Source: an uncultured Alphaproteobacteria bacterium
GTDB taxonomy: Bacteria; Pseudomonadota; Alphaproteobacteria; Micropepsales; Micropepsaceae
DNA length: 64,000 nucleotides
Direction: 5' to 3'
NCBI GenBank assembly: GCA_963849895.1
Contig: CAWKIU010000003.1
Coordinates: 206,114 to 270,113 of the forward strand
Within the stretch, counting starts at the first letter, position 1. Each line of letters begins with the position of its first letter. The notes under the pieces are model-generated. The model worked only from the letters and a program-made list of their open reading frames with translations, made no database searches and was not told where the DNA came from. Position numbers and translations under genes: made by a program. This document shows positions 39,377 to 49,013 of the stretch, one piece after another.

Positions 39377-41633
39377 ATGCTGCACGACCGCCCGTCATCA
39401 GCGCTTTTCGAACCGCCGGAACAGTACGCCGTCGCCAACCCGTCGCGCCGCGCGTTCTTGAAGGCGAGCGCGACCGCAGGCGGCGGCCTGCTTCTGAGCT
39501 TTAGTCTGCCCGGTGTCGCCAGAGCGGCGACAGGCGGTTTTGTCAGGCTCAACGCCTATGTGGCGATCGCACCGGACAATATCGTCACAATCGTGGCCAA
39601 GAACCCTGAGATCGGGCAGGGCATCAAGACCATGTTGCCGATGCTGATCGCGGAAGAGCTGGACATCGACTGGAAACAGGTGCGTACGAAACAGGCCGAC
39701 TTTGATCCGTCGCTCTACGAAGGTCAGTTCGCCGGCGGCAGCATGGCCACGCCGCTGAATTGGGAGCCGATGCGCAGGGTCGGCGCGGCGGTGCGCCAGA
39801 TGCTGGTCACGGCGGCGGCGCAGACCTGGAAGGTTCCGCGAGGTGACTGCACGACCGCGTCCGGCGAAGTCCGCCATGCTTCCACGGGACGCACGCTGAG
39901 CTACGGCGCAGTGGCCGCGAAGGCTGCAACGCTGCCCGTTCCCGGTCTGGATAGCGTCAAGCTCAAGGACCCGAAGAGCTACAAGATCATCGGACATTCG
40001 ACGCCGGGGGTCGACAATCCGCGGCTGGTCAAGGGCGAACCGCTGTTCGGCATCGATACCGTCGTGCCGGGGATGCTCTATGCGGTTTTCCAGAAATGCC
40101 CGGTCTTCGGCTGCAAGGTGGCGAGCGCCAACCTCGACGCGATCAGCAAACTGCCCGGCGTGCGCCACGCCTTTATCGTGGAGGGCGGCGCGGGCCAGGC
40201 TTTCATGGCCGAAGGGCGAGATGCAATTGACCGGGCTATTGCCCGGCGTCGCGATTGTCGCGGACAGCTGGTGGCGGGCGGAAAAGGCGCGCCGCCAACT
40301 CAAGGTGAAATGGGACGAAGGCCCGGCGAACGGTGACAGCAGCGCGGGCTTCGCGCGTCAGGCCGCCGAACTCGCGAAGCATTCTCCGGCGCAAACCTTG
40401 CGCAAGGATGGCGATGCGTTGGTGGCACTCAAGGGCGCTTCCAAGGTGGTCGAGGCGGCTTACAGCTATCCGTTTCTCGCGCATGCGACGATGGAGCCGA
40501 TGAACTGCACCGCCGACGTGCGGGGCGACAAGGCGGAACTTTGGGCGCCGAGCCAGAACCCCTCGCCCGGCCGCAAGCTGGTGGCTCAGACGCTCGGGCT
40601 CGACGAAAAGAACATCGTCGTCCACATGACACGTTGCGGCGGCGCCTTCGGCCGGCGCCTGATGAACGACTACATGGTCGAAGCCGCCTGGATTTCTAGA
40701 GTAGCCGGCGCGCCGGTGAAACTTGTCTGGAACCGGACCGACGACATCCAGCACGATTTCTACCGTCCTGCCGGCTGGCATTTCCTGAAAGGTGGGCTGG
40801 ACGCCGACGGCAAGCTCGTCGCCTGGCATCAGCACTTCGTGAGTTTCGGCAAAGACGGAAAGTTCGCGAGCTCGGCGGGCCTGTCGCCACATGCCTATCC
40901 GGCGGGGCGCGTGCCGAACCTGTTCTATGGCGCCAGCATGATGGTTCTCGGCGTGCCGACGGGGCCGTTGCGGGCCCCGGGAGACAACGGCCTGGCCTTC
41001 GTCTTCCAATCCTTTATCGACGAGATGGCCCATGCCGCGGGCAAGGATCCGCTGCAGTTCCAGATTGATCTGCTGGGCAAGCCCGAATTTCTCTGGAACG
41101 ACAGACAGGCGCTGCACACCGGCCGCGCCCGCAGCGTTCTCGAGAAAGTACGCGAAGTTTCGGGTTGGGGCAAACGCTCGCTTCCCCCCAGAACCGGCCT
41201 CGGCGTGGCGTGCCATTATTGTCATTTGGGTTATTTCGCCGAGGTCGTGGAGGTGGCGGTCTCCGATGAGGGACAGGTGAAGGTCAATAAGGTGTGGGCC
41301 GTCGGCGATGTCGGTAGCCAGATCATCAATCCGACCGCCGCTGTGAACATGACACAAGGCGGAGTTCTCGACGGCTTGGGCGAGGCATTGAACCAAGCGA
41401 TCACGATTGAGAAGGGTCGCGTCGTACAGGCGAATCTCGATGGGTTCTCGCCCCTCAGGATGTCGCAGACCGCTCCGGTCGAGGTGCATTTCGTGATCAC
41501 GGACAATCCACCGACCGGATTAGGCGAACCGCCGATGCCGCCAGTTATTCCCGCCCTGTGCAACGCGATCTTCGCCGCAACCGGCAAGCGCATCCGCAGC
41601 CTGCCGGTCGATCCTGCAACTCTGAGAGCCTGA
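39377..41633 (+). pseudogene. molybdopterin-binding large (beta) subunit, IorB-like, interrupted by a +1 frame change near 40,195-40,225
   Basis: Tat signal [20 protein letters not shown]. Homology runs in the 39377 frame to ...[12 protein letters not shown], then continues in the 40080 frame at [32 protein letters not shown]. Together about 750 aa, the normal length for this subunit. Confidence 0.8.
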
Positions 41634-42211
41634 CCGGCTAGATGGTGGCTTCCATCAAGACAGCCGCCGAAACTGGATACGGAACTGCTTCTGCCACGAG
41701 CGAACGTCTCCTAATGGCGTGCGCCGTGACAAGGCGGCGCTTTCTGGTGGGTGAGAGGCCCACCCGGCAACCGCTCCAGCCGGAAGCAATCGGAGCAGTC
41801 ATGGAGGTGACGAAGTGGCTGAAGCCTTCGATTAGCGTGTCACGAATTGGTGACAGCGCGGGTGTGCAGGCCGCAACGCGAGTGAACGCCGAGCAAGCCT
41901 CGAAAAGGACGATGTGCAGGCCGACCCGACTGCCATTTCGGGGAAGGCTGATATGGCTGGGATGAATGAGCGAAGAAGACGCCCAGCTGCTGCACCGGGG
42001 TACTGGCGGCAGCATGTACACAAGGAAAGCGTACGCAACACGGGAAGCCTCAAGGCGTGGTCAGGGATGACCAACTGGACGCCCGTGAGGGATGGGCCAG
42101 GCGCCGTGAGGTGGCGGAGAGGTTCGTAGTACCGCTGAAGCCGGGCAATTCCGGTGGAGGGAAGGGACCTCAGTTTAAGACAAGCGCAAGACGTGGTGAG
42201 GAACCAGGAGA

Positions 42212-43546
42212 TTGGGCAACCTAACAACTCCGAAAAGCGTTCAGAAACTGCAGATGGCGTTACACGCGAAAGCGAAGGCTGAAGCCGGTTATCGCTTCTA
42301 CGCGCTGTACGACAAGATCAGCCGTGAGGACATCCTGGCATACGCCTATGCCCAGTGCCGTTCGAACAAGGGCGCACCGGGCGTGGACGGTCAGGACTTT
42401 GCGGACATCGAGACGTATGGGGTGGAACGGTGGCTTGGCGAACTGGCGCTTGCGCTCAAGGAAAAGACTTACCAACCAGACCCCATCAGAAGAGTGTACA
42501 TCCCAAAGGCCAACGGCAAACTGAGGCCGCTGGGTATCTCGACCGTGAAGGATCGGGTCTGCATGACGGCAGCGATGCTGGTGCTGGAACCGATCATCGA
42601 AGCTGACCTGCCATCGGAACAATACGCCTACCGCGCGGGGCGCAATGCCCAACAAGCGGTGGTCGAGGTGGAAGAGCAGCTGTTCCGTGATCACCCGGAA
42701 GTGGTTGACGCCGACCTCGCGGACTACTTCGGAAGCATCCCCCATAACGAACTCATGCAGTCGTTGGCGCGCCGGATCGTAGATCGGCACGTGCTGCATC
42801 TGATCAAGATGTGGCTGGAATGCCCCGTGGAAGAAACCGACGACAGAGGACGGAAGAAGCGCACGACCGAAGCACGGGACAAGAGACGAGGCATTCCGCA
42901 AGGCTCACCGATCTCACCTCTACTGGCGAATCTTTACATGCGCCGGTTTGTGCTGGGATGGAAGAAACTTGGATTGGAAATCAGCCTCGGCACGCGCATC
43001 GTGAACTATGCGGACGACCTGGTGATCCTGTGCAGAAAGGGCAACGCCGAAGAAGCGCTGCAGCGACTGCGCGAGATCATGGGAAAGCTGAAGTTGACGG
43101 TGAACGAGGAGAAGACACGAATCTGTAGGGTGCCGGAAGGAGAGTTCGACTTTCTGGGCTACACGTTCGGACGGATGTACTCGGCGAGAACCGGCCAGGC
43201 ACGCCTGGGCTACCGGCCCTCGAAGAAAAGCATCAAGCGCATGGTGGAGACCATCCATGCGCTGACAGAACGAACGACGACATGGCAAGAGACCACAGAG
43301 CTGGTAGGCAAGATGAACCGTTCGTTACGCGGCTGGGCGAACTACTTCGACGTAGGGACCGTCAGCAAAGCGTATCGGACCGTCGATAGCTATGCAGCGA
43401 TGCGGTTGCGCCGGTGGTTGCAGTTCAAACGAAAAGTCAGGGGAGGACGCAAGGGTGGGAGCTTTCCACTCTCTCACCTCTACGGGCACTTCGGTCTCGT
43501 ACGCCTGACCAATCGTGGACGCGACATGCCGTGGGCGAAGGCGTGA
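42212..43546 (+). CDS. group II intron reverse transcriptase/maturase
   Basis: 444 aa (TTG start; alternative ATG at 42254). RT motifs [44 protein letters not shown]. Maturase X domain ([10 protein letters not shown]). No HNH/En domain. Confidence 0.9.
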   Translation: MGNLTTPKSVQKLQMALHAKAKAEAGYRFYALYDKISREDILAYAYAQCRSNKGAPGVDGQDFADIETYGVERWLGELALALKEKTYQPDPIRRVYIPKANGKLRPLGISTVKDRVCMTAAMLVLEPIIEADLPSEQYAYRAGRNAQQAVVEVEEQLFRDHPEVVDADLADYFGSIPHNELMQSLARRIVDRHVLHLIKMWLECPVEETDDRGRKKRTTEARDKRRGIPQGSPISPLLANLYMRRFVLGWKKLGLEISLGTRIVNYADDLVILCRKGNAEEALQRLREIMGKLKLTVNEEKTRICRVPEGEFDFLGYTFGRMYSARTGQARLGYRPSKKSIKRMVETIHALTERTTTWQETTELVGKMNRSLRGWANYFDVGTVSKAYRTVDSYAAMRLRRWLQFKRKVRGGRKGGSFPLSHLYGHFGLVRLTNRGRDMPWAKA

Positions 43547-43558
43547 GGTTTTATCCGA

Positions 43559-43591
43559 GAGCCGGATGCGGGAGATCTGCCTGTCCGGTTC
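43559..43591 (+). ncRNA. group II intron domain V
   Basis: GAGCCGGATGCGGGAGATCTGCCTGTCCGGTTC. AGC triad, 9-bp lower helix, 2-nt 3' bulge (CT), 4-bp upper helix with a small loop. Confidence 0.65.
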
Positions 43592-44154
43592 GATGAGCGG
43601 GGTGTGGAAACGGAAGCCACGGCTGAACCAGTAAGGCACCGTCAGACGAAAGGGACGGAAACAGATATGTTCAGCCTACCGCAACCGCGCCACACCTCGA
43701 CTCTACGCGAAGCGGAAGTAGGTGACCAGCTGGGAAGGTCCAGATTCCGGGGAAGTGCTGTCGTTCTGAACGGCTCGCTTATTCGCCGTTTCGATGCTCG
43801 GTGGTACGACCGCTATCGGTCCATGTCTTGCCGTTACAGCCGAGTATCGATGGAATAAAAATGCGGCTCATCGCGTAGATGGGTCCACCTTCACTCCAAT
43901 GGGTGGTGGCCGAATCCGAATTCTAATTCAGGTCGCTGCAAATCGATGCTAGAACGACCATCCAAAAAGGTTGAAATGCATTGATATCGATTTTCCCTAA
44001 GCTAGTGCGTAAGGGCCGACGCGGACGGCGAAAGTCTGGCGGCAAGGTCCATGGCATTATGGATGCCGGTATCCGGCTGCTGGCGCAGAAGGACTATTGG
44101 GAAGGGTTGTGGAGATTGTCGTGAACGGCCACGACAGACGCACGGGCGGCTGGC

Positions 44155-44718
44155 GTGATCCGGGCAACATTCAAGCTCTCCACCGTAAAGCCCACCACTT
44201 TCAAACTGCATGAGGACTACCGGGAGGCCGTCACCCAATCCGCCCTTGCGGTTCTTTTTCCGCGTATAAAAAGCGCTTCGGCGGGAGCTATTCGGCTGGG
44301 CATGCAAATCATCCTCGCCACCATCACTGATGCCGTCTTACAGCCCCGCCCTGGTCCGATGGTGGCGGGAAGTAAGCGCATGAAGGACGCTCTGACCCAA
44401 GTGATGCTCGGCAACCTTGCCCGGATCGACGAACTGACCGCCCGGCGCGACGAATGCACCCGGCTTCTTGCAACACTGGAATCCAATGTGCCGGAGTTTC
44501 GGCAGGTGCTTTCCAAGCAACAAGCCGTCAGCATCTCCGACACCTTCAAGCGCAGGCTCCTAGACGCCCCGCCTGCTCTCAAAAAGCGCTACGTCCACGG
44601 GCTGGTCTCAAATATCGTCGTGGACCGCCACAAAGCCGTTATCTCCGGCCCGCCAGCGGCCATAGCCGCCGTCACGGCCCCGGACAGGCTGGGGGAAGTT
44701 CGTACTTTTGGTCGTGAA
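44155..44718 (+). pseudogene. remnant of a recombinase C-terminal region (large serine recombinase-like), runs into the tRNA
   Basis: Coiled-coil-like ...ARIDELTARRDECTRLLATLESN...LKKRYVHGLVSNIVVDRHKAVISGPPAAIAAV. No catalytic N-terminal domain upstream. The reading frame continues antisense through the tRNA (WWARQDSNLRP). Confidence 0.35.
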
Positions 44719-44795
44719 TGGTGGGCCCGGCAGGACTCGAACCTGCGACCTAACCGTTATGAGCGGTCAGCTCTAACCAACTGAGCTACAGGCCC
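44719..44795 (-). tRNA. tRNA-Met(CAT), elongator type (lysidine-modified tRNA-Ile2 cannot be excluded)
   Basis: Reverse complement GGGCCTGTAGCTCAGTTGGTTAGAGCTGACCGCTCATAACGGTTAGGTCGCAGGTTCGAGTCCTGCCGGGCCCACCA folds as a cloverleaf with a paired 1-72 position and CAT anticodon. Confidence 0.85.
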
Positions 44796-44920
44796 CAGGC
44801 CCCTCTATAGTATAAGCGCGCGTGATCGGGAATCGACGCTTTGCCCCATATTCGCCGCTTGCCCGGCGAAGAATGAGCGTGGCCAAGACCGGCCGACGCA
44901 TCAGGGAAAGGACCTGCCAT

Positions 44921-45628
44921 ATGTGGAAACTTCGCCGAATGGCGTTTTGTGCGTTTTTCTCCCTTCTGATGGGACCTCAAGCCTTTGCCGACCAGCCTGC
45001 CCCACGGACCCTGACCATGTCCGGCGAGGGCAGTGCCAAAACCGCCCCAGACGAGGCGAATTTGAGCGCCGGCGTCACCAGCGACGGCAAAACCGCGTTC
45101 GCGGCGCTCGGCGCCAATTCGCGCGCCATGAATGCGGTCTTCTCCACGCTCAAAAAGCTCGGCATCGCCGACAAGGACATTCAGACCTCCAATTTCTCCC
45201 TGTCGCCGCAGTACCAAACCTACAAGCCGGGCACGAGCGGTCCTCAGCGCATCGTCGGCTATGAGGTCTCCAACACGGTGGACGTGACGGTCGAAGACAT
45301 GAGCCGGACCGGCGCGGTGCTCGACGCGCTGGTCTCCTCGGGCTCCAACCAGATCGGCGACATCTCCTTCTCCATTCGCGACACGACGGCATTGCTAGCC
45401 AAGGCGCGCGAGGCTGCCGTGAAAGACGCCATTCTGCGCGCCCACACTTATGCCGATGCGGCGGGGGTGACCTTGGGTCCTATTCTCTCCCTTCAAGAAG
45501 GCGGCGCCGAGCAGCCTCGGCCCATGTACCGTGTCATGGCGATGGCGAACGCTGCTCCGCCGCCGCCCATCGCGGGCGGCGAACAAGCGGTATCGGCCAG
45601 CGTAACGATTACCTGGCAGATTCAGTGA
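44921..45628 (+). CDS. SIMPL (DUF541) domain periplasmic protein
   Basis: Start at MWKLRRMAFCAFFSLLMGPQAFA (signal peptide). TLTMSGEGSAK...YEVSNTVDVTV...AREAAVKDAILRAHTYADAAGVTLGPILSLQEG. Confidence 0.8.
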   Translation: MWKLRRMAFCAFFSLLMGPQAFADQPAPRTLTMSGEGSAKTAPDEANLSAGVTSDGKTAFAALGANSRAMNAVFSTLKKLGIADKDIQTSNFSLSPQYQTYKPGTSGPQRIVGYEVSNTVDVTVEDMSRTGAVLDALVSSGSNQIGDISFSIRDTTALLAKAREAAVKDAILRAHTYADAAGVTLGPILSLQEGGAEQPRPMYRVMAMANAAPPPPIAGGEQAVSASVTITWQIQ

Positions 45629-45766
45629 CGGGGATCCCCGCCACCCAGATGAATTTGTGGTGATATAGCTTAGGTGGTCATTCGACCTTGTCGGTTCAAG
45701 GGGGAAGCGGAAATAATTTTTCGCGCTTGCCCCTTGAACCATTATTTTCCCCCAATGACCGCGGAT

Positions 45767-47638
45767 TTATTTCTCCGCTTCCAGGGCGTCGATTTCGTCC
45801 ATCAAGTGGTTCATGCGCGCGATCAAGGCCTGGTAGGGGGCGGGACTTGCCATATCCAGACCCGCCTTTTTGTAGAGCGTGAACGGGTAGTCCGAACCGC
45901 CCGCTTTCAGCATGGCAATGAAGCGCTCGCGCGCGCCGGGCTCTTTGTTCTCAATCGCATTGGTGAAGGCCGCCGCGCCCGCCATCGAGGTGGCATATTG
46001 ATAGACATAGAAGCCGTAATAGAAGTGCGGGATGAAGGCCCATTCGACGCAATAGCCCGGGTCGATCTTCATCACGCCTTCGGCGTCGCCGTGATAGCGC
46101 TTGAGCAGCCCGCAATAGATGTCGGTCAGCCGCTTGCCCGATAAGGCATTGCCCTTCTCGACCTCTTCGTGAATCGCCAGTTGGAATTCGCCGAACATCG
46201 TTTGGCGGAAGAAGGTGGTGCGGATCAGCTCCAAGCCTTCGCCGAGATAGAACAGCTTCTCTTCCTTCGATTTGGCGTGCGCCACCATATAGTCGTTGAG
46301 CAGCATCTCATTGGAGATGGAGGCCGTCTCGGCGATGAAGGTGGAGTAGTTCGAAGTTTCGTAAGGCTGCGTCTTGTCGTCGAGCAGGGTGTGGATCGCG
46401 TGTCCCCATTCATGCACGAGAGTCGACAGCGATTCGTAGTCGTCGTTGTGATTCAAATGCAGATAGGGATGCACGTCATAGGCCGAACCGTTCATATAGG
46501 CGCCCGACGCCTTGCCTTCGCGCGGCAGCACATCCATCCAGCGCCCTGAAAAGCCCTTCTTCAACATCGCCGTATATTCCGGCCCGTAGACCGAGGTCAC
46601 GTCGAGGCCGATGCGCTCGGAATCGGCGACGGTGAACTTCAGCGGCGTTGTAAGCTTAAACATCGAGGGATAGATGTCGTAATATTGCAGCTCGTCCTGG
46701 ATGCCGAGCAGCTTCTTGCGCAGCTTCAAATAGCGGTGGAAGGTCGGCAGCCCCGCATTGGCCTGCGCCACCAACTGGCGATAGACCGCTTCGGGCATAT
46801 TGTCCGCGAACAGCGCGTCGGAGAGTGCGTTGGGATAGTGGCGCACTTTGGCATCGAATTCCTCACCCAATACCTGTGTGTTGAGCGACGCGCCGAAGGT
46901 TCCTTCATAGGCTTTCCAAGCGCCCCAGAAGGCGTCGAACACTTTCTTGCGGTCGGCGCGAACGGGCGATTGGCGGTACTTGGAATAAGCCGCCTGGTCC
47001 AGGCGCACCTTGGTGCCGTCCGACAGCGTGACGGTCGGGAACGGCAACTCGCCATTGGAAAGCTGCGAGTAGATATTGTCGGGCTGGGCCAGCACATTGC
47101 CCGCCGCCGCCATGACGCCTTCGGCCTGTGCATCCAAGGTGTGGGGCGCGGCGCGCAGCGTGTTGTCCAGCATAAAGCCGAAGCGATGCGCCAGTTCAGG
47201 GGACGCCGCCTCGAAGGCTTTTACCTTGGCGGCGCCGATTGCCAGGATATCCGGCGTCAGCCAGGAGGTTTTTTCGCTGAGCGTGGTGGCCAGCGCTTGG
47301 GCGAGTTGCAGACGCTCCTGATTGGGCGCCACGCGCACATCCTCGTCGGATTTGAGCGAGGCATAAACGAACAGGCGGTCGACGTCCTTATGTGCGTCGC
47401 TGATCGCGCTCAGCGCCTTCAGCATGTCGGCCGCGGATTTGCCGAGCGTGCCCTTGTAGCTCTCCAGCTTGCCCGCACTGACCAAGGCCTTGTCGCGGGC
47501 CGCTGTCCAGGCATCGGGCGAAGTGTAAAGGTCGCTGAGATCCCACATATAGGCGGGATCGACAGGTTTAACCGCGTCGGCGGCGAGTACCGGCGTGGCG
47601 ATCAGCGCCAGCACGGCAATAAGCGCAAATTTCTTCAT
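45767..47638 (-). CDS. M3-family oligoendopeptidase (PepF-like), secreted
   Basis: 623 aa, signal peptide, zinc motif HEWGHAIH with downstream ETASI. Confidence 0.85.
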   Translation of the reverse strand: MKKFALIAVLALIATPVLAADAVKPVDPAYMWDLSDLYTSPDAWTAARDKALVSAGKLESYKGTLGKSAADMLKALSAISDAHKDVDRLFVYASLKSDEDVRVAPNQERLQLAQALATTLSEKTSWLTPDILAIGAAKVKAFEAASPELAHRFGFMLDNTLRAAPHTLDAQAEGVMAAAGNVLAQPDNIYSQLSNGELPFPTVTLSDGTKVRLDQAAYSKYRQSPVRADRKKVFDAFWGAWKAYEGTFGASLNTQVLGEEFDAKVRHYPNALSDALFADNMPEAVYRQLVAQANAGLPTFHRYLKLRKKLLGIQDELQYYDIYPSMFKLTTPLKFTVADSERIGLDVTSVYGPEYTAMLKKGFSGRWMDVLPREGKASGAYMNGSAYDVHPYLHLNHNDDYESLSTLVHEWGHAIHTLLDDKTQPYETSNYSTFIAETASISNEMLLNDYMVAHAKSKEEKLFYLGEGLELIRTTFFRQTMFGEFQLAIHEEVEKGNALSGKRLTDIYCGLLKRYHGDAEGVMKIDPGYCVEWAFIPHFYYGFYVYQYATSMAGAAAFTNAIENKEPGARERFIAMLKAGGSDYPFTLYKKAGLDMASPAPYQALIARMNHLMDEIDALEAEK

Positions 47639-47756
47639 GGTTCCCCCGGGGGTGATCTTTGCGGATATCTTACGCCTGATAGCCCGGCTTGGCGTTCAAC
47701 TTTTCGCGTGCGTGTCCGACGCGGCTGCCGCTAGGATAGCCGCAAAAGGACAGTCT

Positions 47757-48275
47757 ATGAAATCGACTAATTTACTTGCGGCCTTGGCAATCCTGCCGCT
47801 GTTCCTGGCGGGGGCTGAGGGCGCTGCCGCGCCCAAAATCGCCATTGCCACAACCGCCGATCTGCCCATTGTGGACCGCACGCCCTATGACCCGAACGCC
47901 AATGCCGTTGCAGCGGTCGACGCGGCATTTGCGCGCGCCCGCAAGAGCGGCAAGCGCGTGCTGATCGATATGGGCGGCAACTGGTGCGGCGACTGCATCG
48001 TGCTGGCGAATCTGATGCAGCTTCCCGAATTAAAGGGCTTTATGGCGGCGCATTTCGAGATCGTCAGTGTCGATGTCGGCCGCTTCGACAAGAACCTCGA
48101 TATTCCCGCGCGCTTCGGCGCAGTCGACAAGCTGAAAAATGGCGGCGTGCCCGCGATCATCGTCGCCGACGCGAATGGATATTTCGTCAACCGCAACGAC
48201 ATCTCCGCGCTGGAAGACGCCCACCATATGACGCCGCAAGCCATCGCCGATTGGCTGGCGCAATGGGCGAAGTGA
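47757..48275 (+). CDS. thioredoxin-fold protein (WCGDC)
   Basis: Start at MKSTNLLAALAILPLFLAGAEG (signal peptide). VLIDMGGNWCGDCIVL active-site-like CxxC. Confidence 0.7.
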   Translation: MKSTNLLAALAILPLFLAGAEGAAAPKIAIATTADLPIVDRTPYDPNANAVAAVDAAFARARKSGKRVLIDMGGNWCGDCIVLANLMQLPELKGFMAAHFEIVSVDVGRFDKNLDIPARFGAVDKLKNGGVPAIIVADANGYFVNRNDISALEDAHHMTPQAIADWLAQWAK

Positions 48276-48283
48276 TGGCGGCT

Positions 48284-48345
48284 CGTCAAAGGATGGTGGC
48301 CCCGGACCGAGTCGAACGGTCACGTCCCTTTCGGAACTACGGATT
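48284..48345 (-). other. 3' fragment (anticodon stem to CCA) of tRNA-Leu(UAA): att-type island junction
   Basis: Reverse complement CCGGACTTAAAATCCGTAGTTCCGAAAGGGACGTGACCGTTCGACTCGGTCCGGGGCCACCA has the anticodon loop CTTAAAA, a long variable arm, T-arm and acceptor 3' strand. No D-arm or 5' acceptor follows; AT-rich foreign DNA starts instead. Confidence 0.65.
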
Positions 48346-48660
48346 TTAAGTCCGGTGCGTGAAAACATAAGTTATTTATTTAACTTATATTTTTGTCTGT
48401 ACCGTGGGCTAATGTGCTAGGCAATGTGCTAATCAGCACGGTATTTTGCGGCCCCAGCAACGCCCGAAAAACCCTTTATTACTGCGGTTTTCTGCGCTCT
48501 GGCGTTTCTCCAACCCCGTAAAAGGCCTGAAAACGCTGCCTTTGGGCGCTAAGAAGCCTACCGCCCGCGAGCAATTGAGGGTCTAGCACCGGCCCCTTGG
48601 GTCGTCGAGGGGAATTGCAGCGGGCCTATACCTACCCCTTTTTGGGCGGGTTCGGCCCTT

Positions 48661-48824
48661 GCGCTGAACCCCTGCCCGTCGGCGAGACCCGGGGTAGCAA
48701 GGGGAAGGACGAGGGCAGCGAGGGGGATCACCCGTTCTGCACGGAGCGCAGCGAAGGAAGAACGGGGAAACGCTGCCTGAGCCCGAGGTCATCCTTCCGC
48801 GCGCGAGGGGCGGTGCCCCTTAGC
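48661..48824 (+). repeat. about 160-nt conserved non-coding module, copy A (partner at 62765-62926)
   Basis: By-eye alignment is about 80% identical, same orientation. Shared blocks CTGCCCGTCGGCGAGACC, GGGTAGCAAGGGGAAGG, GAGGGGGATCACCCGTTCTG, AGAACGGGGA, CCTTCCGCGCGCG. Conserved 8-bp hairpin CCCGTTCT/AGAACGGG (48731-48766). Confidence 0.7.
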
Positions 48825-49013
48825 GGCCCCGGGTGACCGGAAGGCACTTTTTCAACTTCGAGCACTATAGAGACATTGATCCCTTGAAATTTAGCTTGGC
48901 TCCGCCCCGCAGGCTGCGGCAGAAACATGTAATGTGGCAGCGCTCACTATCCGCGACCGCTGATAGATTGAACACGGGTGGGCACGATCGCGCAGATCAT
49001 CAGAGGGGATTAA

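Larger units (their letters stand above)
41719..43640 (+). mobile_element. group II intron (bacterial, endonuclease-less IEP type); 3' boundary approximate
   Basis: 5' GTGCG at 41719, about 490 nt before the IEP ORF. RT/maturase ORF in the domain IV position. Canonical domain V 13 nt after the ORF stop. Total about 1.9 kb. Confidence 0.7.

Noticed and set aside
40236-41489. 417-aa ORF on the minus strand
   Set aside because: It is antisense to the IorB-like large subunit, whose plus-strand translation has clear family motifs.
41634-41718. Direct repeat of the tRNA-Met 3' end (attR-like) at the far side of the islet
   Set aside because: Only TGGTGG (41643-41648) matches. That is too short to call.
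43604-44307. ORFs 43604-43858 (+) and 44002-44307 (-) downstream of the intron
   Set aside because: They have no motifs, overlap the likely intron 3' end or relic DNA, and show mixed composition. I treated them as non-coding remnants.
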